Positions 12,566 to 23,230 of a DNA stretch of 64,000 nt are shown here, piece after piece; the stretch's first letter is position 1; each line of letters begins with the position of its first letter. The notes under the pieces were generated by a model. It was not told where the DNA came from, searched no databases, and saw only the letters and a program-made list of their open reading frames with translations. The position numbers and the translations under genes are program-made. The stretch lies in NCBI GenBank assembly GCA_051294905.1, contig CM119383.1, forward strand, positions 8,122,001-8,186,000, in the 5' to 3' direction. Source of the DNA: Botryllus schlosseri. Its lineage: Eukaryota.

Positions 12566-15461
12566 GTAAGGCTTGCATTGTACATTTGTGTGTCTTGGGC
12601 GGATGAAAATAATAGCACCGGTGATTATGATTATGAATTTGGTAGTAGCATGCTTGTATGCAGGAAAATGCAACGAGAAACCTCCACGGCGTTTCGGACC
12701 TCATGTACCTAAGACGATACTTGGTGGATTGGATGGCACTCACATGCCAGAAGTTCAGATTGACAGCAAATTCTCAACACCTAGCTGTAACGCTTTACGA
12801 TCACTTCACCGATCTGTATTCTGTGTCAATGGAAGACTTGAAAGTCCTAGTTATTTGTTGTTTACAAGTCGCAAGTCAGTAGCTGCACTTTGTTATACTA
12901 GCCAAGTTTGGTAACCAATGATTGCTTTGTCGCCTTGTAACAGGTAAATTCGAAGAACGCGAAGAAAGGATACCTAAATTCAACCATCTCATGGACTATC
13001 TGCAGTGGGAGCTGAAGGTGAGTCGTAAAATTGCAATTTTGCAACTATAGCATGGTGGGTAATATTGACGAATCTTTCTATGTGTTTCATTAAGGCGTCG
13101 GATTACTTGCATATGGAGTTGAAACTGTTATCTGCCTTCGATTGGAATATCGGTTTCTCCACGGCCTCGCATTTCAAAGAGTTCTATATGCAGGTATTGC
13201 AAGCTTCCTGATATGAATGGTTGAGTGTTTGATTGCGCAATACACATGCATTGCCGGATTATCTGGAAGATTATATCGCAAATTCATTCTCGGGCTACAA
13301 GTCAGACACCATCATTGCATACAGTGACCCCTCTGGAGCTGCAGTGCGTTATTATGCTATAATTTATACTAGTGCGCGCAAACGGGTAAATTGAGCATGA
13401 ATGAGTAGGGAGACAATTTGCGACGAAGTAAATGCCATTGCATAGTTTTGAATTCGGCATTGCTTTCATTCACCTCGATATAATAGTACCCAGGTCGCCC
13501 TTGATGTTCTTCAGTTTCCCGCGGTTTCGTTTGCCCTTTTTATTAAATTGAAGTCGATATATATATATAGGTCGCCCTCTCAGCCCGTGATCTCCATGTC
13601 GGACGACCGCTGGGCCATAATAGGGAGGAAATACACATGTACATTGAGAAGAATGTCAACTATTTTTTGGAGGTGTCCTTGCAAGGTGTGTATTTACGTG
13701 TACTTTTGTCGCGTCTGCCCTTACTTTTTTTACTTCAGTTTCACGAGTTGAAGACGAAGTGCGTTTGTCTGTTCGTTTTGAACTCTAAAACCGTACGTCG
13801 CGGACCCTATTCCCACTGGCCGCCCAGAAAAACTACTAGTGCCAGTTCCCAAGCACGGATAAATAGGACAGGGGTTTGGCAGGCAGATCACGCAGCTTAA
13901 AACTCGGTCGAGATGTGGACAGCTCAGCAGTGAGCATGAGCACTTACCCGTTGTGGCGGCCCAACACATGAGAAGCCGAAAGACTCCTCTATTGGCCTAT
14001 GTCTTTTACAAAGTGGTCATTTCACAGTCTCAGAAATGGGCGCATAATGTGTTACCGTATAAAGTCATTACAGTCGCAGCATCGTGGCTTGGGATTAGAG
14101 GTTTGGTATTGGAGACCAGCACACAGCAACACATTCTGGACATTCTCAGTGCTGTTTCGTCAATAATTTGGAAAACATCAGATTGCTTACTGTAATTTTA
14201 TTCCATAACAATCGTTGGCGGATTGATATCGTGTCCCACTCAACTACGTCATAATAGTTAATCACAGAGTTGAGCAATGCAACCTTTGGAAAATAGGTAT
14301 GCTCCATACTTCGACGGAGGTAAGTATTAGGCCACTGATCAGGACTGCATGTTTTTTTGGAGAGTCTGCTACTGCTCGTACAGTCGTACACAGAAGTTGT
14401 TTACTAACTTCGGGTAACCTAATAAAACAAGAAATATACCGACAAGGCGATAATCTGTTCATAAACTTTCCATTTCCATGGCAACTTGGCTTCGTAATGA
14501 GCTATAGGTCTATTATTCACTCCATTTCTACTTTACAGACCCGGCTTTTCTCGGATTCAAACCGTCGCTCGTGGCGGCGGCGTGTTTCGCATCGGCTCGC
14601 ATATGCCTCAGCATATCGCCGACGTGGACCGCTGAATTGAGACAACAAACCAACTTTTCTTGGGCCGATCTATCTCCTTGTATCGAGATCATGTTGAGGT
14701 AATTTGCTGTAGTCTACTACGACAGGGGTGTGCAGTGTTCAACCTTGCTGACAAACGCTGAAGATATGAATTGTGTCGCACATCAACACTTCTCATCGCC
14801 GTGTGATCAAAGTAGCTTATGTGCAATTTTCACATTTGAAGGTAAATTTTTCAAGTTGTGAGAATATCGTTCTTTTTTCTTCATTTTTTGTGATATCGTG
14901 ACCAACGTTATGTATGCTTGTTTGTTTCAAGGTTACCTATGGTCAAGATATGACCGGAAGAAAATGACCTCAATTATTTTGAATGTGTAAAATGGACATA
15001 AGCTACTATGGTTCCATCACGACGATATAGGCTTTATATAGTAGTTGCTATGGGTTCCATTTAATTTAACGGTGATTGATGGCGAGACTTGTTAGTAAGA
15101 TTCGATGTCGGACTATACGCATAACTACCGTGAAGCGCGGCAAAAATATGGTCAGACATGCCTGCAGACGCTGCAGTGATTCAAGCAAATCTTGCGTGTT
15201 CTGTGTGAACTTTACAGTTGCATTTGAATTGACATTTCCAGATTACACGATGAAGACCGGAAAGCCACGCAAGAGATGGGGAAATCCAACGCGTTCCCAA
15301 GTAATCAGTATCAAGCTCCTCTGAACAGTACGGGAAACACACCGATCGCTTCACCCGCGGTTTCAAGCGAATTTGACGAAGGCATCGTCTCGCGCCAACC
15401 ACGATATGGATACCAACCACCGCAGCACCCTAACCACGGATATTTGACAAAAAGGGTGTAA
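12494..15461 (+). CDS. CCNJ: Cyclin J, 7 coding exons, 316 aa
   Basis: Exons 12494-12565, 12664-12874, 12944-13017, 13095-13193, 13571-13685, 14539-14698, 15242-15461 (951 nt, phases compatible). N-terminal QWWDSDLALDIHECL, cyclin box LRRYLVDWM..HLAVTLYD..SKFEEREE, NYFLEVSLQD and PSLVAAAC..SPTW match cyclin J as I recall it. Confidence 0.93.
12664..12874 (+). CDS. CCNJ: CCNJ exon 2 (cyclin box)
   Basis: ..MYLRRYLVDWMALTCQKFRLTANSQHLAVTLYDHF..CCLQVA|gtcagt. Confidence 0.93.
12944..13017 (+). CDS. CCNJ: CCNJ exon 3
   Basis: SKFEEREERIPKFNHLMDYLQWELK|gtgagt. Confidence 0.92.
13095..13193 (+). CDS. CCNJ: CCNJ exon 4
   Basis: ASDYLHMELKLLSAFDWNIGFSTASHFKEFYMQ|gtattg. Confidence 0.92.
13571..13685 (+). 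CDS. CCNJ: CCNJ exon 5
   Basis: VALSARDLHVGRPL..MYIEKNVNYFLEVSLQ|gtgtgt. Confidence 0.92.
14539..14698 (+). CDS. CCNJ: CCNJ exon 6
   Basis: DPAFLGFKPSLVAAACFASARICLSISPTWTAEL..CIEIML|gtaatt. Confidence 0.92.
15242..15461 (+). CDS. CCNJ: CCNJ terminal exon
   Basis: tttccag|RLHDEDRKATQEMGK..HGYLTKRV*; phase-2 join; LHDED parallels cyclin J AHDND. Confidence 0.85.
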
Positions 15462-16454
15462 AACGAGAGGAACGCGCGTTATCTTTTTATCTGTTTTCCA
15501 TATGGAAATTACTTGCACCATTCTGTGAACATTGTATTCACTTTATTTTACCTGGGACCGGAATCACCCGACTATTTCTGTGTTTATGCCGAGATTCGTT
15601 ATGTCTTGACCTTTGTTCGGTTCCGTAGGCACCTACAGTACACTGTGGATTTTGCGACGTTCATGTAAGTAACAAGTGAGCGGAAGTGCCGCAATCAGCT
15701 ACTGAACCTTTAACTGTTCCTTGTGTCTGCCGCATGCCAAATCCTTCCTTTCTCTACCCTATCTGTAACGTAACTCCTGGCTGTCATTGTGTTCTTGGGA
15801 TCTCTCTGTTGGTGGCCATAATTTAAATATGTCGGAGAATTGTTTTCGGCTTTACTTGCCCGGTGTCCGCTTCAATGTGGGCAGCATTATTCGTTAAAAC
15901 ACTGTGTCCTTACATTTCTGCGTAAGCCTTGTTGACTCTTTTAAATAGATGGTGGGCGTGTGACTGTAACTTGAAAGTGTTGTTGTAGGCAGCTGATGGG
16001 CTCTTGTGATGGTAACCTGGCGAAATCCGACTGAGAGCGGCATAGTGTTATCACTGTGTTGGCAGCTAGTGGGCATCCCGTAGATTGGGGTGTCGGACTG
16101 ATTCGATTGCGAGTCGTGTGCGAAGCTTCGGGTATCGCTAATTGTGACCTCAAACCAGTACGAATGACCTCGAAATTTAAAATACGAAAGCCTATCTATT
16201 TGTGGTCTTGGGGATATTAATGCCATGCCACACGTCATCCCAACTAATTTTGAACATCTGACCACGATCACCGTGTTCTGATGCCGCTGACTACGCTGCA
16301 GCCTGCTTGCGAAAATGTAGTTGTCATGAATATTTGTGGCTTGGCGCTAATTATTCTGGCTGCTATGATACGATGTTTCGAGGCGGAGCAGGTGATGTAC
16401 TGAAACTGTAATTCAGCTAACATTTCTTTTCTGGGCCTGGGTGTTTAGTTCGGT

Positions 16455-17107
16455 TTACTAGCAATTTTTATCGGTTCAATACACCACAAAAATTGCGATA
16501 CAGTGAAAAGATAAGAAGGTGTCGAAATGACTAGGAGTAGTCTTGGGAATCAGACACTCACCTGGGTTCTCAACCTGGGGGGGGATGGAAGCATCTGAAG
16601 GGGGCTCGAAGTAGCGGTCAACTGAAAATTGCGCGATTTACCTCCAATTCACGCGTGTTTCTATCTAGATCCAGACCGAATTTCATATTTTTGAATTCTC
16701 TCATCAACAGTCATAATCCTCCATGCCATCAAACAACTTGTTGGGGTTGCTAGCATCCCGGTTGGATTTTGTGATATGACGATAAGGGGGCGCGAAATTT
16801 GTCACTATCATAAAAAAGGGCGTGTCTAAAACAAAAGGTTGAGAACCACTGCCCTAGACGATATAAAGTGGAGGCATGCACACTGAATGTAAAGTAAAGG
16901 ATTATAGTATAGAAAAAGCAAGCGACAAAATTGGGGGGGCATATCACAGAAGGCGAGATCGATAGGTCAGGTCGTGGTCCGGCAATCTTGAGGACGGACT
17001 AGTATTTATTTAGTAGAAATTGCTCGTATTTCGACTTCAATGTGGACATGCTCGTCGACTGTCGGATGGCCGGTGGGTTACTGTTCCACAAGTCAGGTCC
17101 GGCATAA
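16455..17107 (-). mobile_element. CR1/L2-type LINE 3' fragment (copy 2), interrupted by a Charlie-like MITE at about 16567-16851
   Basis: Reverse complement aligns by eye with 59642-59665 plus 60259-60590 (YAGP..WN..AIRQSTSMST ORF2 end and 3' UTR). Confidence 0.8.
16567..16851. mobile_element. hAT (Charlie-like) MITE nested in LINE fragment
   Basis: TTCTCAACC..GGTTGAGAACCACTG; right flank CCCTAGAC; left end eroded. Confidence 0.65.
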
Positions 17108-17223
17108 CTGCTACATGCATGCGATTAATGTCGGTAATTATTCGGTACATCTGTCTAGAAGCGCGCGATGGGCAGCGATTACAGCTGCAATGCTGCAAAG
17201 TTTGGTACGGGCTGATCAACAAC

Positions 17224-18115
17224 CAGACTTGGACAACTAGAAAATCTTCAGCTTTTCTGAACTAGATTAGAATTTGAATTAAAGCTCCCCAGTTTTTTTC
17301 AAACTAGATTAGAATTAGAGCTACAAAGTTTTTTCCAAATTAGACTAGAATTAGAATTAGAGCTACACAGCTTTTTTCAAATTAGATTAGAATTAGAATT
17401 AGAGCCACTAAGCTTTTTCCAGATTAGATTAGAATTAGAATTAGAGCTACTTAGTTCGCAAAAACTTGGAAATTCAATGAAACTGTATATGGGAAATGAA
17501 TACAGCAAAATGCAGTTCACAACAAATCACAGTGCGTGGTGCAAAAGGCGATAAGCGCCACATATTTTTGTTTAATAAACAAAAACAACAGTGCAGTCCC
17601 ATAACCATGAGAATGGTTACCTTCTGTACACCAAGCTTAGCTCGATTTTTACTATACTTTAATAAAATATTACTTCTTTTATGGTAACCGTGGGCATCGC
17701 CCATGTTAGTCAGAATGGCGATGTACTGACGTAAATTACCTTTAGAAACTAGAATGTTGTTCGCAGACTACAAGCTGCTCTAGCAGGCTATTATTCGTCA
17801 TGACTCATAATATCTACTATGACTGCACGGTGTAAGTAAGGCGCTGGCGGCTTGGCACTGGATTTCCCTGCGCAAGAGGGATATTCTTTTTAACTCACTG
17901 CAATAGTGCAATATGCCTCGGACAAAGAGCCATTTTCAGGAAAACAATAATTAGATTAGAACTAGAATTAGAGAATACGGACATTTCACAAATTAGATTA
18001 GAATTAGAATTAGAGCATGGAAGCATTTCACAAATTAGATTAGAATTAGATAACTGGCATTTCGCTCTAATTTAGTGAAATTAGACAACTAGAATTATCT
18101 AGTTGTCCAAGTCTG
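17224..18115. mobile_element. hAT-like MITE, CAGACTTGG family, 892 bp
   Basis: TIR CAGACTTGGACAACTAGA at both ends; perfect 8-bp TSD TCAACAAC (17216-17223, 18116-18123); subterminal (AATTAG)n arrays. Confidence 0.88.
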
Positions 18116-18242
18116 TCAACAACAAACGCTATCTCACGTGGTGAAACTATAGGACACTATGGTGAAACTATTTTGCTGTTACGCCACTATTTCGTCACAA
18201 TTGTTTATTATCGGGAATAATTCTTTATTTCTAATCCCGTAA

Positions 18243-18360
18243 ATGTCAAAACTCACTGCGGTGATAGCTGTAGCATCAGGTAGCTGCGATGTTGACGTTA
18301 TTGTTACTGCGTCGCATTTACGTCAATTGGGAATTGAGGTTCTTATTGCTTCTGTTGAAG
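18243..18360 (+). CDS. DJ-1-like gene exon 1
   Basis: MSKLTAVIAVASGSCDVDVIVTASHLRQLGIEVLIASVE|gtatgt. Confidence 0.8.
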
Positions 18361-21300
18361 GTATGTTATTAATACGTAATACTCAAAATAGGACCTGCAT
18401 TCGATCGAACTGATAAACAACTCGCTTTTTTTACACAGGATGGTCTCCGGTGACCCTGCGCAATGGCCTTGTAGTCAAACCACATTGCAGCGTTGACCGA
18501 CTGTTTTACTCTCGAGGCTCCAGGTGAAATTTCTTTGCTTGCGACCCAGGCAAATCACGAGTAAATACTCCTGCTGAGCTGAGACCCATCAGAATATCGC
18601 CGTGCCGTTTAATCTTGTTTGGGAACACAACTCCCTGGGTTTGCTTCAATGGCTTTGTCATATTTCATGTAGAGTAACGAAGTAGTCTACTTCTACTTTG
18701 TAGAGGTAGGCTACTCGAGTAGTTTCCTCTACTTGTAGAACTTACTCAAGTAAAAGTTATTTTCCGCTACTTCTACTTCGTAATATTTGGTTATTCGATG
18801 TTTGCTGTTCGTCAAGTAAAAGTATTATGCTTTTCAATGAGGGAGGGAGAGAGAGATGAAGAATGATAAATTTAGAGCTGTTTACTCGGAAAATCATCAA
18901 AAATTTAATTTTCACAAAAATGAAGTCCAGGATTTTTGTCGTGCTTTCGCGAAATAGATATCGAGTGACAAATCTGTTTTCACGGAAGTATCAATCAATA
19001 TATTTATGACGGGTAGTGTGTTTCATTTATAACCGCATTATTGCCACTCATATGACAGTTTCATCACAGTGAATAGGTAGCCTACCGTAATCTAGCAACG
19101 TATGGCGTGTGCCAAACTGAAAAAGTGGTCCTTGAATTTTGAGCGTTAGACTTTGTTTTGGCAGACCACCGTTGAAGCTTTCGGGACAAAATACCTTAAA
19201 TATATTTGTAATTAATATATACGTGGAATTGTTATGCTGTGGAAAATTCATACATCCTTGGATGTAGCAACACGAACGCAGCAGCTCACTTACAAGCTTT
19301 AGTCCATTAGAGTGCATTTATGAATACTTTTCGCAACTATTTGACTTACTTGAGCAGATTCAACGCCAGTCAATTCTACTTATACTTGACGTAGTTATCG
19401 GTTGCTTTTAAAAGCGCTATACTTCTACTCGTATTCGAGTAGATATTTGCGTCGATACTTCTACTTCTACGTGAGTAGCTTTATTGAATACTTTGACCGC
19501 GTTTGATTATATGTATAAAATACACAGATATAGAGCTGACTCTTCAGGGGATTTCGGTGCAAAGTTAGCATATATGCAGATTTTATTCCCATATTCTCTT
19601 AGCCCACTAAAGCCGATTCCGACCTGAGCTAAATTATAATCCCATTACGCTGGACGTCAACTCAAATCTTTTCATCTCTAGCTTACAGTCTACACAGTGC
19701 ACAGCCGCACACCCTTTGTATATGTCATATGGTGTCACTAAACATTTACGATAGTAACAGTATTATTGAGATATATTGTAGCATGATGTCATTACTTCAG
19801 CAGTATTGTAAAAGCAGCGACCAAATTATCAAGTTAGCAACGACGACCTTCAACATGCCCTACATATTTACAGAATATTGACTATACAATATGCGCGTCA
19901 TTTGCGATGCCCACACTGTAAAGAAATTCGCATTGGACTCAGTTCACATCTTATTAAGCTTGACCGTGGCCATGGCAAAACAGATCCATGAGACAGTTCA
20001 TTAACCCTGACAATTTTGTACTTGCAGGCCGTTTGATTTCCTGTTACTTCCAGACGGAGATGACATCAGCTACGGGCGGCTCCAAAGTCACCCGCAGTTG
20101 GCAGTTGCAGTCAGAAATCTCCTCGGCACGGAATCAACATCGAAGTCCGTAGAGCTCCATTCTAACGACATAACCCCCTGTATCGTTTTCGCCGGAATCA
20201 GCATCAAGCTACACCGTTACTGGTTACCGCACAATAAAAATTCGCGCATTCGCTCAATCAAAAACTGGTTCATATCGAAGGCAAGTGGGTCTCAGATAAT
20301 ATTGCAGGAACACGGCCAATCTGCCAATGCGGTTCTGTGTTGCGGCGCTTCGTCGGAAAATCCAGTTGAGACAGCTGATACATGCGCTAGCATTGCTCAC
20401 AAACTTATACAAAGCAAGGCGCGAAACGATATGAAAGCTAAGATGGGAAATTTGAAATCTTCCGCTATCCAGACCCGGATAAACCGTAACCGGCCAAAAC
20501 CGGTTGCGAGTCAACTGCGCTTGCTGACATACCTCCGAGACTGCGCCTGGATTCCGAGCGGTTTGCGGGCTTTTGTGCTTTCACCTGTATACTCGTTGTT
20601 TGCCGAAGAGAACAAACCCTCCACGTACTATCCCAGTGGTTTGTATCCCGGATTGTCGCTGGACGAAGGAGATCAGCTGAAGAAGGTTCACTTTGATCGA
20701 ACTAGTCTTGGAATCGGATCAAAATCCGCTGCTTGCGTTATCGAAAAGATCAAGCGTTTCATCGGCAAGTCGCTGGATCTTGATAGAAGGTGAGCTAGCT
20801 TTTTGCCTTTACCTTGCAGGGATAAAGTTCGATTATCATTCACAACCTGCAGCTCAGCTGCACGCCTGGTGGCTATCCAACGTCCATATAGCCCTTTCGC
20901 ACCAGATCCATCCAATTCAATTCTGTTAATTAAATTCTTTAAAATGTAAAAATTAGGTGATCCACGGACTTTGTGACGACACATTACCAGAGATTCTTGT
21001 CTGTTGTAATCAAGTGCTGATCATCAAAAATGGTTACTGCGGTTATTACCGACAATAGAATAATAATTTCATTTGTTGAGATTTTAATCGCAAAATTATA
21101 TATTACAATCAAGGGAAACGGAACACACCTTATAAATATAGCCAGAGTAGCCGAGCTCAATAGATTTACAATCGATTCTGAACGAAATTTCAGACCACTG
21201 CCAATGTGCAGTGCGGCAATACTAGTGTGCAACAGAGTCGACGAACAATTACTAGCAGTCCTCGTCCACTCTCTGAGCGCCAAGTTCAAACTGATGACCC

Positions 21301-23230
21301 ACGTGATCGCCTGCGACCGCGCTTTACTTCAAACGAGAGATCCTTTCGTAATTACTCGCGGAATGCTGCAGATAAGAGCCGACAACAATATTGAAACGTC
21401 AGTAAACATTGCTGTTTAATGCTGTACTGCAAGCGTATAAGTTTTAGGCGACCTTTTATCGATGTCATATGTTCGTCACAGAGCAAAACCGTGCTACGAC
21501 GTGGTTATAGCGATTGACAGTGAAGTGGTGGGAGGCGGTCCTGGCATTTGGTATAGAAAGAGCACGTTTGATTATGGAGATTTTGAGATCATACGGAAAG
21601 GCAAACTGCCCCCGCACGTCTCGTGTGTAGCCGCCAAATTCGATGCAGGGGATAAATGCGCTGGGATCATGCAATCTGTCACTGACAAAAGACTCAATCC
21701 TCTGACCAACGAGTGGATTAGGCTGGAGACTAGTTCAGGTCAGTAATATGACCGAGTAGTATTTCATCGCCGCAGCCGCACTCGATGCGTCACAGTATTT
21801 ATCAGGGGCGGGCAGACCTGCTTCATGCGCAAACCGCATATGAAAAATCTTAGTCTCAAAAGAACCATAACACAAAAATTCAAACGTACGAATTTTTTCC
21901 GTCGCAATGAAATTTAGGCTATCGAATTCAGTTTATTATTGTGTGGTGATACGGCTACAAAGTGTTTGAAATCAGGCGGATATGACATCAAAGCAGTGCG
22001 GAGCAGTTCCTTCAAATTCCACTGAGCATTCAAGGTAGATTTCAGCTCGGTAGTCTTACTAACTCCTTAAATCTGTCTTCGTTGGGTAACTAGTGGAAAA
22101 TTTTTGGTGTTTGGTTCAAGCATTAAAGCAATAGCCCACTTTCATTCTAGGCTTTTATAAAACATCACTCATGCGGATCGGATAACAACGAGAAGTCTAT
22201 TGATAATTCTCCAATACCTAGGTTTCGGGATTCTGGAGTAGACCACGACCGAGCTTAAAACTGGCGGGCGATTGATGTTGCAGCAACGTTGCCTGCCACT
22301 ACGCTATACTCGCCACAATCGGCCGCTTTATTTTATTCTGTAGCGACATCGCGTTTTCATTGATGTTCCAGGACATTTACGGTGATACCCCTCTTAAAAT
22401 CCAGTAGCTTTCAAACAAACCAAACTTGTCTATTCAGGTGTGCTATCTAATAGCCCTAAGATTATTATTCCGCAGCAATGTGCCTTTATCTTTATAGTTC
22501 ATATAAAATTACCTTCTGTCGATATGCAATATATATACCAGCCGTCTTCCATAAAAAAGACGAAACGGGAAGCATTTGGACTTTGGATACACTTTGCATT
22601 AATATTAAACAATCGACTACGGCTGTGTGTCGCTACGAAATGAATCGATGGGCTTTTCTTATTTCGCTACAACTTTTCATCATTGTTATTCCTGTTTCCT
22701 ACTTGGCAATTTCTCACATAGTTCGTCTTTGCTAGTATCAACAAATGTAAGCGTATGATTCTGCAAAATTGTGGTCATTGTGCCATTCAAAAGTTTAGGG
22801 TCCAAAATCTTGATCGGATTATTTTAAAGAGGTCTGAAAAAACCGCTGTCTTCATACATTCGTCTGGCACTATTTCGGCACGAATGCATAGCGCTTGGTA
22901 CACTTGACCCTCGTTTCAACTTCTCTACCCCTTTCAGATACTGGCATTGAAAAGAAGACCCCAGACACCACATTTTTCGATGTTTGTCACGACATTGGGC
23001 GATCAAAGACCGGATTGTGGAAAGCAGACAACAGTCACAGTCTGCTATTCCAAACGTTTCGCTCGTTTCACTCAGGATCCGCTTTGCATACCTCTGTTTC
23101 GAGCAGATCGAGTGCTCACGACGCCATGGACTTCTCGCGAGCAGTAACCGACTGTCTGCGCAAACTAATGATGAAAAATGGCCAGCAGTTGGAATCTGTG
23201 CCGCAGTATTCCAGATGCGTAGTTATGTAG
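18243..23230 (+). CDS. Divergent tandem two-domain DJ-1/PfpI-superfamily (PARK7-like) protein, 6 exons, 572 aa
   Basis: Exons 18243-18360, 18439-18523, 20028-20789, 21194-21397, 21482-21738, 22938-23230; all GT-AG, phases 1,2,2,2,1, 1719 nt open. Domain 1: KLTAVIAVASGSCDVDVIV..GIEVLIASVEGWSPVTLRNGLVVKPHCSV..PFDFLLLPDG. Domain 2: AAILVCNRVDEQLL..DPFVITRGMLQIRADNNIE..PCYDVVIAI..TSVSSRSSAHDAMDFSRAVTDCL. Both parallel DJ-1 (KRALVILAKGAEEME..DPVQCSRDVVICPDASL..PYDVVVLPGG..TSRGPGTSFEFALAIVEAL). The family call is by eye. Confidence 0.75.
18439..18523 (+). CDS. DJ-1-like gene exon 2
   Basis: ttacacag|GWSPVTLRNGLVVKPHCSVDRLFYSRGS|gtgaaa. Confidence 0.78.
20028..20789 (+). CDS. DJ-1-like gene exon 3 (rest of domain 1 plus linker)
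   Basis: cttgcag|RPFDFLLLPDGDDISYGRL.. continues through the supplied ORF 20098-20793 to DLDR ag|gtgagc. Confidence 0.8.
21194..21397 (+). CDS. DJ-1-like gene exon 4 (start of domain 2)
   Basis: tttcag|RPLPMCSAAILVCNRVDEQLLAVLVHSL..RADNNIE|gtcagt. Confidence 0.78.
21482..21738 (+). CDS. DJ-1-like gene exon 5
   Basis: cacag|TAKPCYDVVIAIDSEVVGGG..WIRLETSS|gtcagt. Confidence 0.78.
22938..23230 (+). CDS. DJ-1-like gene terminal exon
   Basis: ctttcag|DTGIEKKTPD..LHTSVSSRSSAHDAMDFSRAVTDCLRK..CVVM*. Confidence 0.75.

Noticed and set aside
15894-16271. 125-aa minus-strand ORF containing FRGHSYWF, reminiscent of a C-type lectin start
   Set aside because: Lacks the lectin cysteines and WIGL motif; lies just downstream of cyclin J, probably in or near its 3' UTR.
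20790-20819. 30-nt GT..AG intron in the DJ-1-like gene
   Set aside because: Half the size of the smallest supported intron here (60 nt), and it leads to an early stop; the 20790-21193 intron preserves frame into the second domain.
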